From NCBI GenBank assembly GCA_044892525.1, contig CM097888.1:36580001-36644000 (forward strand): a stretch of DNA of 64,000 bases. The letters run 5' to 3'. This DNA is from Schmidtea polychroa. Its lineage: Eukaryota. Of this stretch, positions 1 through 14,010 are shown in pieces (positions within the stretch are counted from its first letter, which is position 1; every line of letters starts with the position of its first letter). The notes below the pieces were generated by a model. It saw only the letters and a list, made by a program, of their open reading frames with translations. It searched no databases and was not told the origin of the DNA. Position numbers and translations under genes: made by a program.

Positions 1-757
1 CTAAACTCGTTCTTCTATACGAGCTTATAATCGGGGCATGCATTTAATATTTCGAAGTCGAATAAGTGTAAAAAAACATTTTATACAATGTCAGGATTTT
101 CTTGTGTACTCTAAAATTAAAATTTTCGATACATTCTATGTTTTTTCTATCAATCTTTTATGTCTTCATCATAATAACTCTTTTTTTAATTCAACGCCAC
201 TTTTACATTTTTTAAAATAGTGCCATCCATACCTTGATAATTCTTATGCACTGTTTTTAAGTAGTGTTTACTTTTGTTAAGTAGAAAATTGAAATGTGCT
301 GATAAAAAATGGTTACTATAAGTGAGAAATTCATAATTCATACGGATACCGGGCTCCAATGTTTGTCAAAATAAATTGTGATCTGTCTTTCGTCAAATTT
401 CGAAATTTATTATTACTGATATAAACCATTTACTATCATTATTTTCTTATAATTTCAAGAAAATATTATTTTGAAAATTACGCTTTTAATTTGGCTTTAA
501 ATTTCAACTTCTATATATCAAACAAAAATCTTCTAAAGATGTATGCAATATTTAACTTTTCAACGAATCTTAGAAGTTTGCTAAATGATGCTTAAAACTT
601 CGCTCGCGTTAGTTATTGAGTTACTGAAATTGTGTTATTCAATTTTATTCTAATGATAGTTTCAGTAAATTTACATATTTATACTGACTGATGATCTTAT
701 ATATAAAATTAGTTATTTCACATAATTTTTTACATGTAATTATTCAGTAGCTAATAA

Positions 758-1018
758 TCTCTCTATATATAAAAAATCTAAGGGTCCTCTCCATCCGAAT
801 TTTTCTTTTTTTTCTTTATTTTTTTTATCGAGTATTTTTTCTTATGTACTTAAATTTTTTGAAACGATTTATGCTATTATCTTTTATCATAGTTATGTAA
901 ACATATTAATAAACTGAATCTTACTCCTGTCCAAGAATACCCTGGATATTTACATTAACATTAACCACACGTTCTAACGGGGTTGGTAAAGCGAAGCGGA
1001 CAGGGGTGGAGCCCCTAG
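758..1018 (+). mobile_element. Short non-autonomous Helitron-like element
   Basis: Starts TCTCTCTATATATAAAAA after an A. Ends GCGAAGCGGAC-AGGGG-TGGAG-CCCCT-AG followed by T, giving a 3' hairpin plus CTAG terminus in an A/T target with no TSD. Confidence 0.6.
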
Positions 1019-3230
1019 TATACTTTAAATGTTCAATAATAATTGTTTACTATGGGTAAATAATAAAATGAAACATATTAAGTAATTTAGGAATTATTTT
1101 TAATTTTATTAATTAACTCTTTATGTTATATATCCGTATTACATTTTTAGCAATGTCATTGAGTGCAAGCTTCATTTATATACCATTATATTATATTTAT
1201 TTACATTTTCATATTGAAAACAAGTATATACGGACATTGGAAAGTTATCATTGCAAATTTGAGCGATTAAATTAATTTCTTTTAAATAAATCACCAAATC
1301 AATTAATACGAAAATAATATATAATAAATCATAAAAAATGGTAAAAAAAATCCTGAAACCAAAGGGTTAAGGTAAAGTATTTACTTATGTAGTAAAAAGT
1401 GTTAGATTGCTCATAGGTTATATCATCCGAAAAAATGGTAATCATTTTGTTGAGACATAGGTTTTAACTGGAATCAATCAAAAGAATGCTTTCATAATAC
1501 GAATTGATATTACTTTAAGTGAAACTATGTTGCTCTTTGCTATGAAATGCAGATAATATAATATTATGGCGTTTACAAAGATAAATAAATCGCAAGGATA
1601 AATCTTTGATTTCTTAGAATTGTTTCTTTATTAGCTATATTTAGCTTTATTGAGAAGTAAAAACGAAGTACAAATTAAGATTCATGTTACATAAACTAAA
1701 AATGAAAAGTGAACTATTAAGGTATGGGAGTTATTTAAGAGTTATTTAAGGAGTTATTTATGGGAGTGAGTTAAACAGCATAAAAGGAGGTTTGATAAAA
1801 TAATTAATAAAGTTAAAATTTATTTTACTGTTTCATATTTCCAATTTTAATTATGATTCATCAATTTTTAAAATTAATAAATGTAAATTAACTTTATATT
1901 AAATTGACTCATTCTGTATTTATGATGGGTAATTATGCTAATTAATTATAATTGTTTTTTATTAATTTATTATCTATAAAAGACGAAACAGCGATATTAA
2001 TAAAATGAACATCTAAAACTGCTTGTGATTTGTTGATTTCATATAGTTATAATATTTTGAAATTTAAAATTATGGAATTCAAGATTTTTTTTCTACGTCT
2101 CGTTAAATTCAGATGTTCATTTGTTTCAAAAAAATGAGATTAAATATATAAAATTATAATAATCCTACAAAGATGCTATATTTAAAATATGTAAAACAAA
2201 TCATTTCATTTAAAACAAGAAATTTTATTTTTTTTTAAATAGGGTGGATTGAGAATTACTGGGAGTGGTTTTCTGAAATAGTACGCCTATTTTAAGGAAC
2301 TCAATTAAGAATTTAAGAATTTTAAGAATTTATATATATATATAGAGAGAGAGAGAACAAACCAAACGTAAAATTAACCTGAAAATTAATAGATTATTTA
2401 ATAAAAAATATAACAATCCAATCGGTTCTAATAAATTTCCTGATAAAATCAACAACATTTACCAAACATTCCTACGAGATTCCACGAAAATAGTGAAAAG
2501 CTTTTATTGGGTGGAATTAATGTTAAAATTTGAATGCAAATATGATGAATTTTACACTGAAATGTATAATTTATGTGTATATTTTACATTAAAAAATAAA
2601 AAATTGAACAAAAATTTCATAGTATTGTATAATATCTATAATTGTAAAATAAAAAAGGACAAAGTATGTAGGAAAATAGTAAATTATCTATTATAAGATA
2701 AATTTCGAGATTAATTTTATTAAAAAAGCTTTTTCAGTAAATTATAATAAAGATTGTAATAATTATATTTTTATAAGAAAACCGGAAGTGAGAAAAGTAA
2801 GATACGTATAATAATTAAAAAATAGCTTTTATATTATATATCGCTTGCTTAATAATTAATGTAACATGTAAGATCAATAATTAAAAATAGATAATATTAA
2901 TAATGAAATACATATGAAAGCCTTTTGATGTGCAAATAATAGTTCGATAAAAATTTTACAATAAGTAAATCTAAATAAAATAATTGCCAGTGGATAAGAA
3001 AATATTTACCCCAATGTAGCGCTACTAGTGTTATATTGTTATAAAATCTATAAAATAATTAAATTTTTGATATTAAAAATAATTGAAAATATATATATAT
3101 ATATATATATATATAACTGAAAATGTTAATCAAAGAATAATAAAAAGAAAATCCGTAATATAATAGATGTTGCATTAAAATAATCAAGTGTGTTATTGTA
3201 ATTATGTAAAAACACAGGAAATATCATTAC

Positions 3231-3403
3231 CCCTGACTGGTATTTCTGATTCCCACAATACCCAAGCCCATTGTTTCCTGTGGATGTGACTGCTTGTGGG
3301 AACATCTTTCGAATGAGTGATAGTTGCTGGAATCCAGGTTGCGCCTCCGTCATTAGACAGCTCTACACGAATAATCCCGCGGCCTGCACCACTCCAGGCA
3401 TAA
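3231..3403 (-). CDS. SUOX: Sulfite oxidase exon 7 (dimerisation domain: (G)YAWSGAGRGIIRVELSNDGGATW...QWAWVLWESEIPVR)
   Basis: Manual translation matches the SUOX motifs GYAWSGGGR..RVDVS.DGG.TW and WAW. The AG acceptor is phase 2, matching exon 6, and a GT donor is at 3230. The last exon was not found in 1-3230. Confidence 0.92.
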
Positions 3404-3824
3404 CTAAATTAAATCATAACGAATGAATAAGATGGATATTTTTACATGAAAAATTATTTATAAAATATTGATCATCTATTTTATTGTGTAATCTGTAAAT
3501 AACTTAATGAATTTATGGTATTGATAAAATATGCAAAAATTCTTTCATTTCCGTGTTATTGTTTTTCCACAACAAAATAATATAAATAAAGAAAATATCA
3601 TAGATAATCTTAACTAAGTAAAATTAAATACAATTTTCTTTTTTAACAATAATCATAAATAATTTTCTTTGTTTAAAATACCTAGGAGTTATTTTAATTT
3701 GCTAATGATTTGTAAAGATAAATAATAATTAATAATAAAAACAATTAATATTTTTTATTTGTATTATTATAAGAACTTTTTTCAAATTTCACCACTGATT
3801 TTTTTTCAATTGACATTATATTAA

Positions 3825-4121
3825 CACGTTGACGGACACTTGCGTCCATAAACGTCAATGCCAAGTTCACAATGTAACATGACTGCAATAGCCGTCAAAA
3901 ATGAAAAGGTCATTTTCAGAAAATGCTGATATAACTGTTTAAATTTACCAACATAGGACTAGAAGCATTGTGTCACATCTGCAACAGTTTATTTTAGGTT
4001 AGGTTCAAACTAAGTTTATTTAAACATAAATAGTACAGGTATGGTTCTAACATCTCTAGAAAGTTCAAAACATGGAGTGCCAATTTTTTAACTTTATTCG
4101 TTCCGAGTGTTCGTGAACGTG
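3825..4121. mobile_element. piggyBac-type MITE (297 bp)
   Basis: TTAA at 3821-3824 and 4122-4125. Imperfect TIRs CACGTTGACGGACAC / CACGTTCACGAACAC. Confidence 0.7.
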
Positions 4122-6285
4122 TTAAAAAAGTTTGGCTATGAACCAGTAAAGATATCAAAAAAACATCGATATATTTACTGATTCATAATCAAGCTTTTTT
4201 AATAAATACAATGTTAATTGGATTATCTATTTATTATCAGTTGAATAATATAATTTGATTTGTATGAACGTATGAAGATATGAAACGCATATATATCCTT
4301 TGATGTTCACCTCTGATTTCTTTTCAATTGGCATTATACAGTACTAATTTGTTAATTCGGAAACCTAATAATTCGAACATTTTACATCTGTTATAAAAAA
4401 TAATGAACTCTATATATTTGCATTTACCTAATACATTAAAACTTTGTTAACTCGAAAACCTTGATAGAACCTAATTCTGAGATCCCAATATTTAGTATTA
4501 TCGAGGTTTTACTATATTTTTTATAAAAATTGACTATGAATCAGTAAAGATATCGATGTCTTTATTAATATTCACAAATTTTCGGCACAGCCTTTTTCAA
4601 CTATATAAAGAAGTTATTAATTACATTTATTTCATTTTAAATATTTAATAACAAAATTCAATAGTAAGGCAACGGGGAATGCAACCGGTAATTTATGGTG
4701 GCCATAATCTTTACTATAAATATAATAAAAGTAAATATTTTCATGTGCAGATTAAGGGTGAATTTCAGCCCAGAATTTTGTCGAAATCTTGTCGAAGTGA
4801 TTTGGTTTAATTAAGTGATGTAATATTTTTATAGTCTGAGAAAGAAGTAATGATGCAATAGCTTCCATATTAAAGTTTTAAAACTTTTAAGCAATTTATT
4901 CATTTTTAAACTCTATTAACTTCACTATGCATTTATCTTTGAATGTTTCTATGAACCACGCATATCTTGAGCACACATATTGAAATTTTAATTTTTTTTC
5001 AGAATATGTAAGAGTGAGATATAGATTGTTTTAAAAACTGTTTTAAAGGTTAGTTTTTTACTAATAACATTTCAAAATCAAAATTTGAAATATTATTTAA
5101 ACCAAATAAATTCACAAATATTAAATTATATTTAATTAATTATAATAAATTATAAATTAATTACAATAAAACGGCAAGACTGAAAAGAAATTATATAATC
5201 CCTTGAAGGAAAAATGGGACGAGTACAAGAGGTGTGTTCATATATTTTTTACCAGGCATAGTAAGCGACGATCGGAGCTCACGTTTATTTATGAGAAACA
5301 ACAAATGTCCTAGCTTTGAAGTGAAATTAAAAGGGTATGGCATAATCATACATAATAGTTAACATCAATGATTTTAGATGAGTCTAAATGCGTTGTTTAG
5401 CATGCTACAAATTGTATAATAATTTCAGGTATAAAATTACAAATACAATTTTATAGATTCATATATCTGGGTATACCTGGACTGAAAATATATCAGTAAC
5501 ACTAGAAATAGATACGTTTATTAATAACTATCTAATTAACCCGGCTTTACTCAAGATTTGAAGTATATAATTTTCAAAATTTTTTTAAATTTGTATTTAA
5601 TTTCTAGTTGGATTTCTGCTGAGATTCGTTTGAGCTTGAAACATTGAAGGTTTCCGCTTTATTTCGAAATTTAATAAAATTCCGAAAATGGATCGTTAAA
5701 AATAAATCCAAAATAAATCCACTATACCAAAAAAATCTCAACGTTTAACTCGACAACCCCAAAATCTTTCAGTCAAACATTAGTTAAAAAGCTGAAATTT
5801 TAATGAATATATGAAGAATAATAACCTCTTTTTAAAGATCAAAGATAACCTCAAAGTGACGAATATATGAATGGCAGTTGAATTACGTCCGATTTTTTTA
5901 ATCAACTCCGATTTAGTGAAAATCACGACACGAATATTTGATACACTACACATTTAATTACGCATGTTAACACATGTTTTTTTGGTAATAGCCATCTGAT
6001 AGCCATAAACATAATTTATATAAAATTTGATTTTTTTAAGAAATATTGATCCAATTTCGAAATTTTAGTTTTATATTAGAAGCATCCATGAAACATTTGG
6101 TAACCAATATATAACTAATGCAATATTTTATAGAGGCTTCCAACTATTTATTAAAAGATTTAATACGATTATAAAACTGGCCGAAATCGATTACCCCATC
6201 GGCTTTTCACATTCCCAAACACCCGTATAATCAATCTGCCCTTGATTATGATTATAATTATAATTATTATTAATATTATTTATTA

Positions 6286-6288
<3 letters not shown>

Positions 6289-6357
<69 letters not shown>
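6289..6357. repeat. (ATT)n microsatellite adjacent to the SUOX exon 6 donor
   Basis: Directly visible trinucleotide run. Confidence 0.95.
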
Positions 6358-6360
<3 letters not shown>

Positions 6361-6382
6361 TTAATGAAACAACATAACTAAC

Positions 6383-6576
6383 CCTTTTACAATCAAAAAT
6401 CCATCATTACGAATTAATTGTCCATCTAGGGGTTCACAGATGGCAGATTGCACATTTGGTTCTATGACTGCAGGCATAGACGAATAATCAATTTTATCAA
6501 AATCAATATTCGGAGAAAAGGTTTTGTAATCATTTTGTTGCCAAAAACTGTCACTTTCTTTATCACTTATTACTAT
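6383..6576 (-). CDS. SUOX: Sulfite oxidase exon 6 (IVISDKESDSFWQQNDYKTFSPNIDFDK...VQSAICEPLDG...LIVKG)
   Basis: Matches the SUOX segment EES.S.WQ..DYK.FSP...VQSAI. TTTCAG acceptor and GTTAGT donor, with phases consistent with exons 5 and 7. Not in the ORF track. Confidence 0.93.
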
Positions 6577-9500
6577 CTGAAAATATAATGGAATTTGTCT
6601 TTAATCGCAAGCAAATTACTAGATAATGCATTTTCTTTTTAATGCTTCAAAGTACTATTTATAAATTGGTTATTAAAAATCACCAAAATATATATGCTAT
6701 CTAAAGAAATGGTGTTGCATAATATGTCAGTGAACAATATATGAAAAGGTTTGGTAAGTCAATACTTGATCAAAAACAAATAGCTCCGTGGTGTGAAAAG
6801 ATAATAAACTCAAATAGTCGTAAGAAAAATTAAAGTGATTAACATTGCCCAATTTCTGTAAATGGATGGTAGCAACATCCTTAATAAAATATAAAATGTT
6901 GGTAATTGAAAACTTGGTTAATTCTGACTGTGTGCGCATACTTTTTCTTGCCTGAGTGCAGACGCGAGTAGTCAAGATTTTTTTTTAATATTGAGGAGGA
7001 ATCGATTCTTCTTTGATGGCTTCTGGATTTTGGTCAGTTGTTTAAAAAAGTATGTTTTCTGGAATTTACGAGTTTCGGTTTCTATTTGGATTTCTGTTGA
7101 TGAATGTTGTTTTGTTTCTGGAATTTTTTATATTGAAAAAATAAATTTCTTTCGGAGTCTTCTCTTATTTCAATTATGAATGGTTTATTCGTTAGATCTG
7201 ATAATAAAAGTAATGATAAAGAGGTAATGACAAATACCACTTTAATAACTGATGGAGAAGTTATTTTCGATATTTCCAAAGTTGACAGAAGATCCATGAC
7301 TCAAATTATCCTAGATTTATTTTCAGTAAATTTCTCATCAAATTATTATAAATGAAAATTTCCACCACATACTGCCTCTTTTAAATTATGCCAATCTTTA
7401 TGTTTATCATTATGTTAACTATCTAAGTTCTAACTTTTATTTTTTATTAAATAATGATTGGAATTTGTCACTAGGCCCGATTAATGTGGATTTTTATTAT
7501 TTTAAAAAAGGTTGACCTTAATTTAGACACATGAATAGCAGGTTATTTAATTGATAGGTTGTCAAACTTGATAATTTATCACTTTTCTATAAGGATATTT
7601 GTGTGATCAAATTACAAAAATCTAATAAGGAGCATCAATAAACTTGAAACCATAATTATATATTAATAAACAAATCTCCCTCACTCTATAAAACTGCTAA
7701 AAAACAATTGATTATTGTGATTTAATATCAAAAACTTCTTTTTGCAAGGGAAATTTACAGTAAAAACTTTGAGAAAAGAAATAAAAAATGAATTAAAAAT
7801 TATTTTAAATATACCAAAAATTCGTAAAACCTGAAAAAATAAGTTGGTATAGAAATCAGTTTAATTCATTGCTTTAACCTTTTCATTCGAAAACCTCAAT
7901 TTATTCAATGGAAAATTGCAAGCATCAATTTACGTTGAAAGTAATTGTTGATACTGCCATATCCTAGCTATGAACGATGTAATAATAAGTTTAATTTTAA
8001 TTACTATATTACTATATTAATTACTCATTACTGGCCGCTAAAAATATTTACTCCAACCGGTGTTAAGCCATGCCTTGTTTACATAGCGATCGTTGAATAC
8101 CGCTAATGTACGGCGCAATGTAGAGGGAAGAGCCGCTATAGTTTATATCACATCTAGGGCTTAAATTAATAGGCTTAAATTAAATCTCAAAAAATGGCAA
8201 AGCTATAAACAAAAAATACATATAAAGAAATAATTAACAACTTTATTGTAATAAAACTATAATAAACGAATAAACCAAATAATTAGTAAAGTTGTTCGAA
8301 CAAAAAAATACCAAATTTGAAAATTGAATTTCTAGTAATTTCTTTTAATATGGTTTTCCTCAAAACATTTTACAACACATAGAGAAGACATTTAAAAAAT
8401 TTTCTCCGTAATAAAAGGATAAAAATTATTGACTTTCAATAAATTGAATAATAATCCTATTAGTTTAAATTGAAAATTTATATTAAAAAAAATTTTTTTA
8501 ATAATTAATATTGTCGAAACAATGATTGTTTAACGATGGATTTGAACGCTTGTTTCAAGATATAAAATTATGATTTATGATTCTGTCTAAAAATGAATTT
8601 TTGCAGCGTTAACATCTCCTCTGTAATATGTGCTTTGAGAAAGGAAATACGGAAAGCAATAAACAGAAATAACGATGATATGTTGATGGCATGTTATAAA
8701 TCTAACAGAAATTCATTTTTTGTCGAATTGTAAATATAAATATCAATTATTTAAATCAACCTGAACAACGATGATTATTATTATTCATTTCATTAATTTT
8801 TCCGTGAATTTTCAGAAAGAAATTTCAATTAAAATAAAAAAAATGGCTCCCATTGATCAAGTTGCAAAATCATCCTGTTATGCGTTGTACTGGTTCAATG
8901 TCATTGTTCTTTTTTCAATACTTTCTCCAATGTCCATTAATTAAACTGGAGAATTCGATTACTTCCGTGACTTAAATTTTTGGTATAATTTGTACAATGA
9001 AATTTCCGATAATAATCTCAATTATTTGCTAAAAATTTCCAATTTTTTGAAGGGAATTTGAAATTAAATTGTATTGAAACTATTACATTAGTTATCTACT
9101 TGCTAATTGTAAGTAAGTGTTTATAGTAAATTAAGAATGCAACTTTTTACTTAATTATAACAAAATTTACCAGGAATATTGTTCTGTCTGTGATTTATTA
9201 ACAGAATTAAACCTTTCACGCCGGGCAATTTTTACTATTAGTAATGTCAATGAGATGGGCTGTTTTTTTCGGAATCGTAAATACGTACACAGTAAGAAAT
9301 ATAAATTGCGTATTACTCAAATTACAGATGAATATTAGAATAAAAGACAAGTTTAAACAATAATTTTTGCACGGAAATATACGTTCCTCGGCACGAAATT
9401 TAATTGACAACTTGACATTTTTAACTGAAAATAAAACGTATATATTGAATATACAATCTCGAATTTGGATGAATTGAATGAAATATTAAATTTTGCAAAC

Positions 9501-10893
9501 AAAAAAATTAAATCAATGTGAAATTTTGAATATTAACCCTTAATTGTATTGTGTAGCAAATTTGCAACATACCAGAATTTCACGTTTAGATCGCCTAAAA
9601 TAAATAAGAACTAACCATTTCATAGTGTTGCTTGTGAGCTACAAAGCTGTTTAATGGATATTAAATTTTACATTAGATTTTTTAAATTATTTTTATAATA
9701 ATATATTCAGTCAAACGTTATTTTATCTTATTCAAAATAAATAAAAAAATACAATACAGGGTTAAAATTTTATTATTAAAAGAAATGTTAACTATATATT
9801 GTAACTAAGAAGAATTTTTATTTGCTTTAAATTATCAAAAATAATTTACGAATAATTAATTTTAACATTAATAAATTACTTAAATAAACACGGTAAAGAC
9901 TTTATTAATAAAAATCGCCATTCGTACATCTTTTTCACTATATATATCGATAGCGTTGCTATCATCATCAGGTTACCTACATTCACTAGAGATGAATAAC
10001 TATACAATATAAATAATTAATAAACAAATTATTAAATCTATAAATTTTTTAAATTATAAATAACAATTTTAAATAATTACTTTCAAAAATAATTTTCAAC
10101 AAACAATTATTTTTCACTCTTAAAATTCTTTAAAAAATATTATTTTGATTATTTTTTTAATTATTTAACATAACTATTATTCAATATACATCAACATACA
10201 TACACAAACTTAAACTTAATAAATAATTGTTCTTATTTTATATTAAAATATAATGTACTTTTAAAATTTTATTTATTTCATTACGAATATAAATCAATAT
10301 TTTTCTATTATGTAACACAAAAATTTTCGACATTGCTTGTATCAGGTGCTCTTAACTCTTTATTATTTATAAGAGAACACTGAATAACAAACTTATTAAT
10401 TAAAATATAGTTCAAATTTATCAATTATAATTCTGAAGTTTTCCAACTGATATAATTTAATTCAATAATCTTCATTAATATTTGTAAGACTAGATCCAAA
10501 CAATATATAAGGTACACAGTTTTTATACAGTTAAAAAAAGATCAAAGATGAAACCAGAGGTTAAATATTAAGATAAATTATTTATTTTCATTCTATGTAA
10601 TTTTGGTCACCATCAGCCTCGATATGTCCAGTGTCGAAAATTTGTGTTACATTTGTGTAAAAGATTTGATATAGTAATGATAAAAAATAAATTAAATTAA
10701 CAATTTACTATGTTTATTTTTGCATTATTTGTCTACGAAGGGCCGAGAAAATTTAAATATATTAAATTATTCCATTTTAGCTTTGTGTGGGGATTTTTGC
10801 TTTTAAAATTAAAATTTTTTATTAATTTTTAGCACTTATTTTATTTTTTAATTTTGTTAAATTATGGATTTTGAAATTTTATGAAAAACATAC

Positions 10894-11377
10894 TTTAGTA
10901 AGCCATTTAACTTGTCTGGCTCCTACAACACCTGGAATGATTACTCGCAATGGATAGCCATGATCTACGGGAAGCTCTTCATTATTCATTTCCCAAGCTA
11001 AAAGAACATCTGATTGAGAATCGAGTGCTATTTCAATAGGAATTGATGCACCGTATCTCGCACCAACTGGATCGAAATCCAGGCCTTCAAATTGAATATG
11101 TTTAGCACCCATTTCAACGAGATCTTTGTAATGCAAATCATAGGCATTAAGAAAATCAACCAATTTTATCCCAGTCCATTTTGCTGTTGATATTGCACCG
11201 TAACTCCATCCCAGACCTTTAACGTGTTTGAAATTAAACATGTCCTTGCGTCTATTGCCAGAACACATAATAGTAGATTCAACACTATTGACAGAAGCCA
11301 AATTTTTAATTTCATCTATTTTCAAATTAATTTTCTTATTCTCTGTTCCGATTCCTTCCACAGTTAAACGAAATTTT
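10894..11377 (-). CDS. SUOX: Sulfite oxidase exon 5 (Mo-cofactor domain)
   Basis: Contains TIMCSGNRR (Mo-ligand Cys), GAISTAKWTG, DVLLAWEMN, DHGYPLRVIIPGVVGARQVKWL. AG acceptor at 11378-11379 and GTATGT donor. Confidence 0.97.
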
Positions 11378-11487
11378 CTAAATCATAAAAATTACTGAAT
11401 GTATTGTATTTTTGAAAAAAATGTTTATATATATACAGCACGTCAAAATGAAAACTATTTCCATAAACTGTATGATAAACTATATCA

Positions 11488-12260
11488 TGTTAGAAACTGA
11501 GTTTTAATACTCAATTACGATAAGATAAAATGTGAGTGAGTGTAAAGAGCCGGGTGCTAAGCTTGAATCTGGTGCTTCCGATTTTGTTATGTAATAATAT
11601 AATTTATTATGTAATAATATAAAATGATTGTAATATATTGTTGCTTTTTATTTTTAAAAATCGGTTCTCTCTCTGACTCCTCGTGTTCTTATTCAAACAA
11701 AAAAGTCGAAACTCAACACAGAATAATTTTATTCAATTTCAAATAAATTACAACTTGCCACTATTTGCACCTTTCGCTCAATCTAATTATCGCTCGATAA
11801 GGAGCAATCAGTTTTTCTGGTACGAGTCTTAAACTTTTTTTGAATTACTAGATTTCTTTTCTGATCACTGATCGTCTGATTTCTGAGCTTCCCTTTCTTT
11901 CTTCGACCAAATGGCGGCTTGTCTGTTTCTGAGCTTTATTTTATACTGTTTCTGAGAGTTATACTGATTTCTACAGAATTTCAATTAATTATTTACCGGA
12001 AATCCTAGATAATCATTTGAGGGTTTCCAAATAGTTTTAATTTGTTTATCCTAGATTGGGACTCGAAATATTCCCTATCTTATCTGATCTATCTGGTCTC
12101 ACTACGCATCGGGTTTCCCATTGGCTAAAGCTTTCCGTTACAGATTAAATAATTTTAATTCATTTGTTTTTCTGCATTAAATTTCCCTCTGAACACCTTA
12201 TTAAATTTTCATTAAAATTTCGGAACTCGTCTATCAATTTGGCGTTCAACCATACCCGAT
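11488..12260 (+). mobile_element. Possible decayed LTR followed by a PBS-like TGGCGTT
   Basis: GC-richer non-coding block starting TGTTAG and ending AATT-TGGCGTTCAAC (12240). Shares GCGGCTTGTC and AATT(T)TGGCGTT with 59700-60480. No TSD found. Confidence 0.3.
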
Positions 12261-14010
12261 ATTCAATATTGATTTTTGATTTTTAGTAAGTTTTAATTAA
12301 TTTTGCACTTTTATTGATTTTACCATTATTTGTTATGCTTTCCATTTATATATAAATTCTTTTGGTTTTTGCGCTAACCCTAACAATAACTAACTATTAA
12401 TACTTTTTGAATAATTAGATTTAGCAGGTATTCTAGTTTAAGGTACATATTTCTAATTTTTTACATGTAGGCAAGTTATTTGAACATCACAGAAAAATGA
12501 AATAACATAAAAAAATCATTACAATTTTTTATAATTTTACAGATTCTACTACTTTGATGTGGCAGTGGTACTTAGCTTAGCTAACAATTGCACATAGACT
12601 TTGCATGGTTCACATAAAATCATTATTGATATTGTCGTACCTAAGATATTTTGCTATATCATATTTAACTGAAACAAATGATAAGCTCGTCAGGTGTTTT
12701 TGTCTTTTAAACATATTAAATTTTTGGAATAATTAGAAAAAAAATTGCGGTATATATATTAGGGCTGTACTGATTAAAAATTCCTTGTTCGATTAATCGG
12801 AGAAAATTTTAATCGATCAATTATAACGCATATATAAATCCAATTATTTGTATCTGATCTGCTACAATCAATGACTTAACTTCAAGCGCACACAAAAATG
12901 TTGTAATTTCAAACTATAACACAGACGTAAGCGTTTTTTCTAAAACTTGAAAAAAAACGTAGAGTTATATATATATCATCTAAAATCGGCCGCATAACTT
13001 CAATATCGTCTCTGGAACCTGATCACATAATGATCATGTTATGAGAAATAGCTTCAGTAGATAAGTTCGTGTAGTTGGTAAGGTCTACAGAATAAAATAA
13101 TATGTGTATAAATAATATTTCTATTATATATTCTTCGTTTAAAACTATTTATTCGAAACTTTCCATTTCTCTTTGCTTTCTAGATGATTGACAGAAGTCT
13201 ACGAATCAATTTTGTAAATTTATTTTTCGAAAAACTATCCTGAATCACTTGAGCACTGTCAAAAATGCGTTGACACTCAAGAAAATTAATCGTATAAAGA
13301 AAAACGTTGTTATTAGTTTGTTATGAGAAAATCATTTCTTGTATTTTGAACACCTCTTTCTATGGCATGCTTATTATCTAGTGGGCTTTCCACGAATAAA
13401 ATTTTAAATTAAATTAAGATTTTTATTGAAATTAATTGAAAACAACAAATCAGTCACTTTGGAGTTATAATATATTTTAAATTATTCAATCATAATTCTA
13501 ACGTTTTCCAAATGATATAATTACTATTTTTTTAATTTACTATATATTTTCATTTTGTAATTTCTGTCAAACTATGTAACGATAGACTTTTCCATAATTT
13601 CATTTGTCACCAAATATTTTACAATAAACCAAAAAAATTCTTAAAAATAACTAAAAATTTTCGACAGTCTTAAAATGTTTGTGAATGAATTTTAACTTTC
13701 CTCATCTTGATATTTTTGAAAAATTTTATTTGGTGGTGAAGTTTACAAATTTTTTTTATTGTCATTACGACTATTAATCATAATTTTTCATGACTATGTA
13801 AAAAAAAGACTTCGGTGCTGCTTTTAATAAATGTTATGGATGGATAAACCTTAGTTCATTTTTTAATTAGGGAAAATAAATTTTGATCTATAGTTATAAT
13901 GAAAATAAATGAAATGGTAAAAGAAAGCAGAAATCGATCAAAGGTGAACAAAAGTATTTGAAATTACTTTTTAAATGCAAATGAACCACGTAGTTATTTA
14001 TCGTATAAAT

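Noticed and set aside
2440-2500. Candidate last SUOX exon (minus-strand SWNLVG)
   Set aside because: No CKA..YN.QP upstream, no AWH downstream and a nearby stop. The true exon is probably outside the window.
7082-7297. 71-aa ORF with a hydrophobic stretch in SUOX intron 5
   Set aside because: No recognisable motif or supporting splice structure, and low-complexity composition.
12761-12800. TAGGGCTGTAC...CGATTAATCG hAT-like terminus
   Set aside because: No matching opposite end or TSD found.
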